Virus record (IMG/VR): IMGVR_UViG_3300030107_003944
Span: 1 to 54,606 of that record
Source: a virus
Taxonomy: Duplodnaviria; Caudoviricetes
Reading direction: 5' to 3' (one strand)
Length of the DNA stretch: 54,606 nt
How positions within the stretch are numbered: the stretch's first letter is position 1; each line of letters opens with the position of its first letter. Both the position numbers and the translations under genes were made by a program. Below, piece after piece: positions 8,761 through 18,271 of this stretch. A model generated the notes under the pieces. The model made no database searches. It worked only from the letters and a program-made list of their open reading frames with translations, and was not told the origin of the DNA.

Positions 8761-11121
8761 ATGAGTAGTGCCCGTAGGAACATCGAAGTTCTAAGAAAGA
8801 TTGAGTTTCTTGAAGAGTTTCCACAACTTGCCTCTCTGTTAGAAGGGATGGCACAAGACCAGGAAGAGCAGAAGACAGCCAACATCGCACAAAACGCGGG
8901 GCTGATCGGCTATGAACTCAGAAGAGACCCGGGCCAAGCCGAGGCGGAGATCAAAGCCCTCCACTACTTGGCACAGGTAGATAAGAACACAGCCGCTCTG
9001 GCAAAGAACCTTCGGCCAGAGTTGAGTCCTCTCATTGAAGCCTACATGGACCTGTGGGGAACAGTGAAGACAGCAGAGGGAAGTGTTGACTCTGCTCAGG
9101 TTTCTCAACTCGGAAGTGCTCTGGGAAAAGCCATGGATCGACTGTCTGAGTATGACGATGGAGTTGATGCTGCGGTTTCGTCTCTTCCTGCTGAAACATA
9201 CTCCGTCCTCAAAAACGCTTTCAACAACAACACTAAGCAACATCGAGGAGTAAGAGTCTTTAGGGATAAGACTAAAGATGACATGGCTTTAGCCATGAGA
9301 GATATTTTAAACAACATTCCCTCCCCTCAACAGAGAGGGGCTGTCATATCTTGGGTGTCTTCTCGAATGGGCATGAGTCCCGCTGGTTTCATGAAAGAAC
9401 TTCGGGAGGCCCCGGGAGTATCGCCAACCGTAAAATCGGGCCTCTTAGAGGAAGAAAGAGGATTAGCAAGACACCGAAGAAATGCTTACACCGAGCGAGA
9501 TGTCCTCGAAGCAGAGAAGCAAAGCGCACTCCAGCTTATGCAGAGAGAGAGTGTTGGAATGCCTGGAGAAATGAGAGCAATGTTCCAGGCCCTCATAAAG
9601 GCAGGAAACGAGTCCCCAGAGGCGATGGCTCAGATTTTAGGGATGAGTGGACCAGGAGTCCCCGAGACTGAAGCCTCGAAAAAGATGCAAGAACTCGTAG
9701 ATGGCATTCTTGAGGAAGACGGAGATGCTGGCTATTGGCTCTCAGACGCTGAATGGCGAGAGCGAATCATTAACAGTCCTGAGTGGGATGAAGCAGTCCA
9801 AGCATACGGATACTCGGGAGACCGACACGAGATCTATGACCGACTCGTAGATCAATGGGAAGATGCTGCGGGAAATGCTCGCGACGAAAGCTGGGCTGAG
9901 GACGCTTTTCGTATTCGTCACGGACTCGCATCGAGGCCGAGTGCTGGAGACAAGGTTCGAGCATGGCTAACAGCCGTCACACCCGGACGAGCAGGAAAGG
10001 CATACCGCAAGTTTCGAGATCAACAATATGAGGCAGTTGGGGTTCCAAAGAACGAAGATGGAGAAGGATGGAAGTTGGGAGGTCGCAAGGCATACCAGGA
10101 ACTTCTCGAAAATAAGGATGACGAACTCGATTCGTTCTGGGACAACGTGGAGATCGCTCCCAAGGAAGAAGAAGAAGAAGAAGAAGAAGAAGCAGAGGAA
10201 GTAGTAGAAGATAGCGCTGTGGGAGCGACGGTAACAGAGATCACAGGACTTCCAGCCAACACGATGGGAAAGCACCTCCCCAGCCGAACCAAGGGCAATC
10301 AGTTTCGAATTTGGTTTATATCCAATCATCCAGAGAAGGCGAAAGAGATTGACCTGAACTCTATAGGTAGCCACACCAACAGCTACATAAGAAAAGCCTG
10401 GGAATACGCAGGAAAGGATTTCTTAGATCGGGAAACGCATGACGAAGCAGAGTCCAAGAAAGTGGAGGAGTCAGGAGAAGGGGAGAAAGCTCCCGACAGA
10501 CCCACTCTGCCAGGAGCAGGAACAGGAGAAGGAACAGGAGAAGGAACAGGAGAAGGAACAGTAGAGGTAGAAGAAGAAGAAACAGGGGACGTCGAGACCG
10601 CTCCCGAGGAAAAAGAAGAAGAAGAAAAAGAAGAAGAAGAGAAAGAGTCGCTTACCCGGGAGGAAGTCGAGGAACTCCTCAAGAAGCAAGCAGCGGCGGC
10701 GGCGAGAGGAGAAGCAGCGAGAGCAGAAGTCCAGAGTGGGGAGACTGATTTCGATGAGCCTTCTCAAAAAGAGAAGAATATGTTTCGAGATATCCCCCTC
10801 ACCGGGCACACAAAGGATCCGGGGTTTGCTCCGTATCCCGAAGGGGGAGGGGTCACCGAAGCTCCTCGCGGTCCCGGACACGGGGCAACTGCCTTCGAGA
10901 CTACGAAGGGAACCGGGTTTAGCAATGTTAGTGCCAAGGCAGCTTCAAATCCCAACCTGGGCCAAGCTGGAGGAATGCAGACTCCAGACAAAACGGCGAT
11001 GGCTGCTTCTACTGAAAGAATCCAGAAAGTGATGCAGTCTGCCCAGGAGAGAATGCAGAAGAAGAAACTGGAAGACGCCCAACGGGCACAAGGAGGAGCA
11101 CCCCCTCCAGGAGTGGCATAG
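8761..11121 (+). CDS. Putative ejection (internal virion) protein with acidic low-complexity C-terminal half
   Basis: 786 aa. Helical N-terminal half, poly-Glu tracts and GTGE repeats. Position between small and giant ejection-type genes. Confidence 0.55.
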   Translation: MSSARRNIEVLRKIEFLEEFPQLASLLEGMAQDQEEQKTANIAQNAGLIGYELRRDPGQAEAEIKALHYLAQVDKNTAALAKNLRPELSPLIEAYMDLWGTVKTAEGSVDSAQVSQLGSALGKAMDRLSEYDDGVDAAVSSLPAETYSVLKNAFNNNTKQHRGVRVFRDKTKDDMALAMRDILNNIPSPQQRGAVISWVSSRMGMSPAGFMKELREAPGVSPTVKSGLLEEERGLARHRRNAYTERDVLEAEKQSALQLMQRESVGMPGEMRAMFQALIKAGNESPEAMAQILGMSGPGVPETEASKKMQELVDGILEEDGDAGYWLSDAEWRERIINSPEWDEAVQAYGYSGDRHEIYDRLVDQWEDAAGNARDESWAEDAFRIRHGLASRPSAGDKVRAWLTAVTPGRAGKAYRKFRDQQYEAVGVPKNEDGEGWKLGGRKAYQELLENKDDELDSFWDNVEIAPKEEEEEEEEEAEEVVEDSAVGATVTEITGLPANTMGKHLPSRTKGNQFRIWFISNHPEKAKEIDLNSIGSHTNSYIRKAWEYAGKDFLDRETHDEAESKKVEESGEGEKAPDRPTLPGAGTGEGTGEGTGEGTVEVEEEETGDVETAPEEKEEEEKEEEEKESLTREEVEELLKKQAAAAARGEAARAEVQSGETDFDEPSQKEKNMFRDIPLTGHTKDPGFAPYPEGGGVTEAPRGPGHGATAFETTKGTGFSNVSAKAASNPNLGQAGGMQTPDKTAMAASTERIQKVMQSAQERMQKKKLEDAQRAQGGAPPPGVA
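10519..10560 (+). repeat. 12-bp in-frame tandem repeat (GGAACAGGAGAA) x3.5 encoding GTGE
   Basis: Units start at 10519, 10531 and 10543, with a partial unit at 10555. Confidence 0.9.
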
Positions 11122-11124
11122 AGA

Positions 11125-14100
11125 ATGGCATTAGAAGACCAAACTCCAACCGGGCAGGACCCTGAACAAGACACTCCTGAGAACGAGGAGATTATCCAAT
11201 TCCCCTTGGGGGGCATCGCCGCTACTCTTTTAGGAACGACTCCCAGCGCGACTCGGAGTAATCTTGCCTTGAATCCTCCTCCTTCTGAAGATCCCAAGGA
11301 CTTGCAAGAACAAGCAGAGTATGGGGTCGCGGTTGATTCTCTTGATCCCCAGGACACGAGTACTCCTCCCTCTCCCACTACTTTTGACTTAGAATCTGGA
11401 GGAGATCGGGAAGTAGAGAAGGCTACCTCTCCCGACATCTACTTGGCTTCTTCTTCCCCTCCTGTGGGGTGGACTCCATCTCGGGTAGAGATTGACAGAC
11501 TATTGGAGGAAAAGCTCCTCTCCCCCTATGAAGCGAAAGATCCTCAAAAAGTGTGGGATGCGGGAAGAGCTTCTCAAACAAGGAGAGGAGGAACAGACTG
11601 GGTGGGGAAGAAGGCGGGACAGTATCTTCGTCATCGAGCGGTAAGTGGTGAGTCCTTCATTCAGAATCTAATCCACCAACAAGTTGAAATCGGATCTATC
11701 ACTAAGCAAGTTCGAGAGAAGACTGCGATTGATCCAGACGCAGCTTGGGACTTGGTCTGGAAAGTCCACACCAATAAGCTCCAAGACGAAGATCTCAACC
11801 AGGGCAAGACTCGATCCAAAGAGGATTTTAATCGAGAGGTTGAGCGAAGAACTCAGCGCTCTTTATCCGAGTTTGCGGCGTCTCGAAGCAATATTCTCTG
11901 GATCCATCCGGACACGAATGAACTGATTGATGACATTCAAGATGACTGGCTTCCAATCAAGATGATTCGAGTTCTCGCTAATAGTATCCCCCTCTCTCGT
12001 GTGGGACCTGGAGATATTCCAGACAGTGCAGATGCAAGAGTTCGAGCACACGCCTTTACTTCGGGCCCTCAAGTAAAGGTTGAGGGACTCGCATACAGAA
12101 TCGCCCGGGCTTCCCCCTCTACTTGGCTTGCTCCTAAATGGTTTGGGGGTCACGCAATCGGATCAAGAGAGTGGACTGAGTCCATTCTGGCAGGCGATGA
12201 CATCACTCAACATATCGATGAGATGGGAGAGGCTCTCGGACGATACATTCCGGGAGAAAGGTTTGACCGCGCTGCGGGAGTCATCGCAACCCTGGGTATC
12301 ATCGCATTCGAGCCTGACTTGGGATCTTTTCTCCTCACTGGCCCTGGGTATGCTGCAAAAGGGCTCCGACTCGCGAAGACAAATAGAAAACTTCTCAAAG
12401 CAGCCCAGTTTCTCGATGAGATGTCTACGGTTAATGCCACAGGAGCAAAAAGTCTCGATCAGATCTCAGATGAACTGGAAGCCTTCGATGAGGCCATCTT
12501 CCGAGCGATCGAGATGGAGGCAGCCAGCAACTACCGAACAGTCGGAGGCTTGGAAGGAGCAACTCTCGGAAGTACGGGGGCTGCTTCAAATGTGTATAAG
12601 AAACTGGGGGAGATGAACGTCCTCAAGAGAGAAAGGATCGCAGAAGCTCGAAAGCTTGAGGCACAAGCAGTCACCGAAGAAGGGAAAGCGGCCCTCGCGT
12701 TGAAGAAGCAGCAGATCGCAGAGATCGATTTGGCCCAGGCGTACATTTTACGAGAACACGCCGAGACTCTAAAAAATAACTTCCTCGTGATGCAGGGGAT
12801 GAGTCCTGAAAAAGCGGCAGCTATCGTAAAGAAGAAAGATGCTCCTGTAGTGGGGACTGCTGCCAGGGACACAGATAAGCTCGCTTCTGATCTTGAAAAG
12901 AAAGCAGAGGAGATTCGAAAGGATCCTATCGTCCAGCAAAAGCTTAAAGAATACGATGAGGCTGCCACCGACCTCGCAAGTCTATTTGACCACATGGTTC
13001 AAGGATTTCGTCTCCTCCCCGAAGCTCGAAGGGTAGATGGAAAGCTTCGAAGGGGATGGGACATCCTTTCGACTGAAGGAAAGAGAACAGCAGCGTCTGT
13101 CTCAAGTCGAGCAAAACCGATTCGAGTTCCTACTATTGGATCGAGGATACGAGTTCCTACGGAGACGGGAGGAACCCGGATTGCAGAAGTAGAGCGCATT
13201 CGAATCACAGGTCCTGGAGGAAAGCCCCGACTTGCTCGTGGAAATGAGAACGAGATCATAATCGAGCTTACCGATGGGTCCACGTTTAAACACCCTTTCC
13301 GATTAGATAAGCCGACAGCAAAAAGGCTGAAGACTAAGATCGATAGATTCGACGAGCTTCACGAATTAGTTTCAGCAGAAGGGGGAATCGTCTCCCAGAT
13401 GCTCAAGATGAGAGAGGATGCGGCAGCCGCTCGGAGACTCGCAGAGCAGATTCGAACAGCAGGTCCTCATGCAAAGCGTCTTCAAGCATTCGAAGAAGCA
13501 ACCGAGCGCCTCCGAGAAGCATCAAAAGCGTACAAAGAAGCTTCGAAAGAAGCTGGAGTAGCCGCGAGAAGTCGAGACAAGGCTGTTAAAAAGTGGGTTG
13601 GGCAGAGTGAAGAGGCAGTTCGAGCCGAGATTCACGCTGTAGAGACTGCTCGAATTCGAGAACACTTTGGAGAGGCAATCAAGACTGTTCGAGACGGGCT
13701 TGAGAACTTTCGAGTCGCGGGCCTTACTCGCCTAAAGGCTCACAACATCTACTCCTCTCCTCGAAAGTTTGCTCGTGCTGCTTTGAATCTTAGAAAGCTG
13801 GACGATGAAGCCATCCAATCCTTTGGGATGAAGATTGACGATGAGGCACTTTTCAAGGAATATCAAGAACTTAGAAAGAAGGTCACGTCTGGTCCCGTCA
13901 AACACCCAACAAAGGAAGTAGGGATTGAGTTCGACTCGGCTTCTCTTCTTCGAGAGTTAGAAACTCTCGCTGGAGATCGGAAAGCAGTAAGCGAGTTCCT
14001 CGCCTCCGACCGGGGCAAGAGTCTCAAATGGATCTTTGAGACCGGGGCAAAAACCCCACATGGACGTCTTCTTCTGGATACCGACACTGCTTCCAAAGTG

Positions 14101-17100
14101 CTCTCGGATGTTCGAACATTCCTTCGAGAGGCCAAAGGAAGGGAACTCTATACTGAGAGTGTCGCAGTGGGACGCCTGGTCTATGACGCTTGGGATGATC
14201 TCCAACTGTTTCAGAAAGGAAAGTCCAACCTCAATCGAGGATTCGTCAACACCCTCATCCCCTGGGGCAACTGGAGAAGAGGATTCCGAAACGCAATGTC
14301 GATGGCAAAGCGGAGAGGAGCGAGCTTTGACAATGTCCAAGAGAGAATCGGTAGATACACCAAAGAGGTAGAAGATGCTTTCGTGTCTACGGAGCGCCTC
14401 CTTTCTCGGGGCAGAATGGAACTCATTGAGATCTCTCGAATGGAGGCGCTGGGAGGCACGCCTGCTGAACGGTTCGAAGTCTGGTTGGACAGCTTTGCCG
14501 AGGTCAATCTAAAAGAAGGAAAGCCTCGGTGGAATCTGGCTACTGGGAACGGAAGCCCCTATCAAAAGGGTGCCCAGCAGATGGCTGCCGACTATCGAAC
14601 AGACCCCCGAAGGCTTGAAGATGCTCGGGCGGCGGGTGAAACAAAAGCGATTCAACTGAGGGCCAAGTTGCGCCGACTCATTGAGACTGCTCGGAAGGGG
14701 AGAGGAAAGATCGTAGGAAAGGGAGAAGAAATCACTCTTTCCCCCAAGTTCTTAGATGAGCTTGAGCGTGGCATTGATCAAATTACGGGGGATCTCGTTT
14801 CCCGAGTCACAGAGAGCGCACAATACGGAAAACCATCTCGAACTCTCCAGGCTGTCTCGCGTATGTGGCTTGCTCGGGGTAAGGGACGTCCCATAGCTGT
14901 GACAGAGGATGATGCCATTCTCTTAGCTCTTGCAAGACACTTTCTCGGGAACTCAAACACTTTCGGAAAAGAAGTCAATGCTCTCGGGGAAGTAATAGAT
15001 GAAGGCTTCTCCGCGAAGATGCGAAATCTCACTTTCGCTTTGAGGAGAGAGGTGGACACGAATGTGGATCGAGTAAACGCTCTCGCTTCTTCTGCATTCA
15101 TGGCTTCCGCTTCGATTGGCACCCTGGGCTATAGGCTCCAAAGAGCATCAGGAATCTCAATCAAGGCGAGCGTGGCAGCAGACATCAACCGTATTTTCGA
15201 AGGAAATATGGCAGAGGTGAAGAACCCAGAAGCTGCTTATGATGCCCTCAATCGGATGGGGATGCCCTTCAGTCAAGACAAATGGACAAGCAGTGGGAGA
15301 CAGATAGCGGGGTTCGTCAAAGACGTCTCGGGAGAGCATCGTCGCCTGATCCAGATGGGAACAACGAAGGGAGGAAGCTCGATTGTTCCCCAAAACATGG
15401 TTGAAGCCTTAGAAGCCCGGGCTGAAGACCTCGTCAAAGAGCTTCGAGTTGCCAGTATTCGAGGTGTGGAACCCTTAGCGGCAAGAATGTACGGAGACTA
15501 CCTTGCTGCTTGGCGGGGATCCGCAGTAACTGGATTGATTATTCCCAACCCTCGCTATTGGACCAACAACATTATGGGAGACTTCTCTCAGATGTGGATG
15601 GAAGCGGGCCTGTGGCAAGCATCAAAGCGAAGTTTCTACAACCTCCCTACCAATCTTCCTTTCTTTGGAAGAAGATGGCAGGAAATGAACCTGTACATGG
15701 CAGAACAGGTAGCAGGCAAGTCTGGAAGAGGAGAAGCCCTCCCGGGCATCCTCTCCTCTGCCTTGAACCCTTTTTTGGGAAGAGTGTTCAAAGGAGAAAA
15801 AGGCCACTTCTTCACTAAGAATGGGGAGCCCATTACTTTCGATCAGTTGAGAAGATGGGCCTTAGAAGACGGTATTTCAGAGTCCTTCGTTCGAGAAGAA
15901 CTGATGCAAATGTATGGCCGAACGGCTGACGACTTCAAGAGAATGGGAAGGGAGATGTATGACTGGTGGCAAGGTCAGATTTATGACCATGCCGCCCTCG
16001 TTCAAGAGCGTCAACGAATGGGGTTCTACGCTGACCTCCTCCAGAGAGGATACTCCCGAAAAGAAGCAGCAGAGAGAACGAAGCGGGCTCTCTATGACTG
16101 GTCGCATGGAATCGCAGAGTGGGAAGGGAGGACTCTCTCTCGAATCATTCCTTTCTGGAGATTCTGGCGTCTTGGAATGAAGCAGTTGCACTACTCTTTC
16201 CTCGAACCTTTTGTCTCTCCTTCAGGAGCCTACCTCAAGAAGGCGGCCCTCGGGAATACGAAGTTGGCTCGGATGAGACAGCAGCTTCTTATTTGGCCGT
16301 CTCTTCCTGAGTTCATCTACGAAAATAATGCTCATGCAGGAATGTCTCTTCAAGAGCAGACAGACATGCTCGCCCATCAGATGGGGAAACCCGGGTACTA
16401 CCAGACTCGACCATCCCCTGGAGCGATTCCTTATGACCCGGTTCGACGGGAAGCTTACCTTCGGCGAACAGGGAAGGACATGACACACCGGCAGATTATC
16501 ATGCCGCCTGCAACTGTTCCGGACCTCTTCGATATGGGCACTGGACTTTGGACGGGACTCTTTCTTACCTTGAATAAGTTTAGTCGGGTAAAAGGAATTT
16601 TTCCGGGAGCAGACTCGGATCCAATCTTTGATATTCCAATGCGAGGAGATGTTGGAGCACAGTTCTTTGAGCCCATTCTGGGCGGTCTTGCCCCTGGGTG
16701 GGAAACTATGGCAAGGTCGGTTGCCTCTACATGGGGAGCAGACTTAGATTTTGAGATGAGGTCTTCAGATCGATACTTGAGTCCAGATGAAGAAATGATC
16801 TGGAAGAAGTTCGCCCCTCTACGAGCCCAAATGAAATGGGACAACGACTCAGGAAGGTATAAAGTATCTACCCACATTCACTGGTTGTGGAGATCCGCTC
16901 CGGTCACGGCGACTCAGGTGACGAGTTGGATGGGAGGGATTGCCACTCACAACGAGTACCGAGACCGCTCTCTCTTAGAAACCTGGGCACGAGTTTTCGG
17001 TCGGGTGACGGGAGTCTATCGAGAAGTTCCAATCAATATCTATGAGACTCTGGAGCAACGCCAGCGTGGATTGAAAGAAGAGTTTGACAAGTTTATTCGA

Positions 17101-17238
17101 AGCCATGGTGAATACCTGGGGAATCCATATGAAGGTCCTCGTGATCCGAAGTACATTCCTGCGAATCTACGTCGTCAACAAGAAGAAATCCAAGAAGGTT
17201 TAGACGAGATGGGAAGCGAGAGTCCTCTGGATTACTAA
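11125..17238 (+). CDS. Large internal virion / DNA ejection protein
   Basis: 2037 aa, charged and helical. C-terminal pattern (PRYWTNNIMGD; AAERTKRALYDW...SRIIPFWRF) resembles large podophage ejection proteins. Confidence 0.65.
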   Translation: MALEDQTPTGQDPEQDTPENEEIIQFPLGGIAATLLGTTPSATRSNLALNPPPSEDPKDLQEQAEYGVAVDSLDPQDTSTPPSPTTFDLESGGDREVEKATSPDIYLASSSPPVGWTPSRVEIDRLLEEKLLSPYEAKDPQKVWDAGRASQTRRGGTDWVGKKAGQYLRHRAVSGESFIQNLIHQQVEIGSITKQVREKTAIDPDAAWDLVWKVHTNKLQDEDLNQGKTRSKEDFNREVERRTQRSLSEFAASRSNILWIHPDTNELIDDIQDDWLPIKMIRVLANSIPLSRVGPGDIPDSADARVRAHAFTSGPQVKVEGLAYRIARASPSTWLAPKWFGGHAIGSREWTESILAGDDITQHIDEMGEALGRYIPGERFDRAAGVIATLGIIAFEPDLGSFLLTGPGYAAKGLRLAKTNRKLLKAAQFLDEMSTVNATGAKSLDQISDELEAFDEAIFRAIEMEAASNYRTVGGLEGATLGSTGAASNVYKKLGEMNVLKRERIAEARKLEAQAVTEEGKAALALKKQQIAEIDLAQAYILREHAETLKNNFLVMQGMSPEKAAAIVKKKDAPVVGTAARDTDKLASDLEKKAEEIRKDPIVQQKLKEYDEAATDLASLFDHMVQGFRLLPEARRVDGKLRRGWDILSTEGKRTAASVSSRAKPIRVPTIGSRIRVPTETGGTRIAEVERIRITGPGGKPRLARGNENEIIIELTDGSTFKHPFRLDKPTAKRLKTKIDRFDELHELVSAEGGIVSQMLKMREDAAAARRLAEQIRTAGPHAKRLQAFEEATERLREASKAYKEASKEAGVAARSRDKAVKKWVGQSEEAVRAEIHAVETARIREHFGEAIKTVRDGLENFRVAGLTRLKAHNIYSSPRKFARAALNLRKLDDEAIQSFGMKIDDEALFKEYQELRKKVTSGPVKHPTKEVGIEFDSASLLRELETLAGDRKAVSEFLASDRGKSLKWIFETGAKTPHGRLLLDTDTASKVLSDVRTFLREAKGRELYTESVAVGRLVYDAWDDLQLFQKGKSNLNRGFVNTLIPWGNWRRGFRNAMSMAKRRGASFDNVQERIGRYTKEVEDAFVSTERLLSRGRMELIEISRMEALGGTPAERFEVWLDSFAEVNLKEGKPRWNLATGNGSPYQKGAQQMAADYRTDPRRLEDARAAGETKAIQLRAKLRRLIETARKGRGKIVGKGEEITLSPKFLDELERGIDQITGDLVSRVTESAQYGKPSRTLQAVSRMWLARGKGRPIAVTEDDAILLALARHFLGNSNTFGKEVNALGEVIDEGFSAKMRNLTFALRREVDTNVDRVNALASSAFMASASIGTLGYRLQRASGISIKASVAADINRIFEGNMAEVKNPEAAYDALNRMGMPFSQDKWTSSGRQIAGFVKDVSGEHRRLIQMGTTKGGSSIVPQNMVEALEARAEDLVKELRVASIRGVEPLAARMYGDYLAAWRGSAVTGLIIPNPRYWTNNIMGDFSQMWMEAGLWQASKRSFYNLPTNLPFFGRRWQEMNLYMAEQVAGKSGRGEALPGILSSALNPFLGRVFKGEKGHFFTKNGEPITFDQLRRWALEDGISESFVREELMQMYGRTADDFKRMGREMYDWWQGQIYDHAALVQERQRMGFYADLLQRGYSRKEAAERTKRALYDWSHGIAEWEGRTLSRIIPFWRFWRLGMKQLHYSFLEPFVSPSGAYLKKAALGNTKLARMRQQLLIWPSLPEFIYENNAHAGMSLQEQTDMLAHQMGKPGYYQTRPSPGAIPYDPVRREAYLRRTGKDMTHRQIIMPPATVPDLFDMGTGLWTGLFLTLNKFSRVKGIFPGADSDPIFDIPMRGDVGAQFFEPILGGLAPGWETMARSVASTWGADLDFEMRSSDRYLSPDEEMIWKKFAPLRAQMKWDNDSGRYKVSTHIHWLWRSAPVTATQVTSWMGGIATHNEYRDRSLLETWARVFGRVTGVYREVPINIYETLEQRQRGLKEEFDKFIRSHGEYLGNPYEGPRDPKYIPANLRRQQEEIQEGLDEMGSESPLDY

Positions 17239-17255
17239 TATTAGAAGAAGCATCC

Positions 17256-17284
17256 TCGACAAATCTTTCTTCCCACAGTAAGAT
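17256..17284 (+). promoter_or_regulatory. Sigma70-like promoter TCGACA-N17-TAAGAT
   Basis: Near-consensus hexamers with a 17-bp spacer in the intergenic gap. An 8-bp hairpin follows (ACTTCCGT-GAAGA-ACGGAAGT, 17292-17312). Confidence 0.5.
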
Positions 17285-17357
17285 TTCAATAACTTCCGTG
17301 AAGAACGGAAGTCCTCACTGAAGATAGTTAGAGAAGACTCTAAATAGGAGAGTAAAA

Positions 17358-17822
17358 ATGCCAGTCATGAAGCAGAAATCCCTTCAACCCGCGACCGATA
17401 CCCCTTATGCAGAGGGAATCATGGTGTTGAACAACACGGGAGCCGACATTCCTGCGGGTCGAATCGTGACTTTCCAACGAGGCGCAAACACCGCAACCTC
17501 TGGCGCGGTGGTTACAGTCGAGCTTGCAGATGCGAGTTCTGCGGCTCGATCTAAGAATCCCCTCCTCGTCACAAAGCACCTGATTCCGACCGGAAGACGT
17601 GGCGTTTGCCTCCCCTGGAAGATGCTCACAGGACTCGATACTTCGGCACTTGCTCTCGGGGCTGTTGTTTATCTGGCTGCCGGTGCGAGTTCGGGAGCGC
17701 CAAAACTTACTGCGGGTGCAGTGGGTGGTGGAGCAGATCGAATCATCGGAGTCGTGTTTGAGGTTTCTGCCACGACGGGACGCATCTTTGTATGCCCCAC
17801 AATGATGGCTGGTTGGAACTAA
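17358..17822 (+). CDS. Virion protein (cement- or fibre-like beta domain)
   Basis: NNTGADIPAGRIV...LTGLDTSALALGAVVYLA pattern resembles phage fibre/cement domains. SD AGGAG. Confidence 0.6.
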   Translation: MPVMKQKSLQPATDTPYAEGIMVLNNTGADIPAGRIVTFQRGANTATSGAVVTVELADASSAARSKNPLLVTKHLIPTGRRGVCLPWKMLTGLDTSALALGAVVYLAAGASSGAPKLTAGAVGGGADRIIGVVFEVSATTGRIFVCPTMMAGWN

Positions 17823-17834
17823 TAGGGGGCCTGA

Positions 17835-18263
17835 ATGGCTGGACCAGTAAACAAAAAGACTTGGATTCGGGTAACGCCCGGAACTGTGGCTGACTCAGGG
17901 AACATTACCTCTGTAGGTAATGCCATGATTGAGGGCACAGCGACGAATGTTCCAATCCGAGGCTGGATTCGACGAGTTCGAGCGGACATTACCGCTGGAA
18001 CGGGTGCTGGATCTGCTACGGTTGCCCTCGAAGTTCGAGAGAACTCGGGGGGAGCCGGGGCATTCGGAAAGACACTCGTGTATTCATTGTCTACGGATCC
18101 CCTGGATCAGGAAGAAGATCCTGGAATCTTCTATGAGATCCCAGCGGTTTCTACTACGACAGGAAATCGAAATACGGGAGTTCTCTTCGTAGCTGTTGCA
18201 ACGAACAACGCTGCAACCGACCATGTAATCGCTGTCCAAATTGACATTGAGCCCGCCAATTAG
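17835..18263 (+). CDS. Putative virion structural protein
   Basis: 142 aa, beta-rich, Gly/Thr/Ala-rich. Confidence 0.55.
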   Translation: MAGPVNKKTWIRVTPGTVADSGNITSVGNAMIEGTATNVPIRGWIRRVRADITAGTGAGSATVALEVRENSGGAGAFGKTLVYSLSTDPLDQEEDPGIFYEIPAVSTTTGNRNTGVLFVAVATNNAATDHVIAVQIDIEPAN

Positions 18264-18271
18264 GGGGGTTC

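Noticed and set aside
10165-10640. GAA repeats as a phase-variation or slippage locus
   Set aside because: They are in-frame triplet repeats encoding poly-Glu, so length changes would not switch expression.
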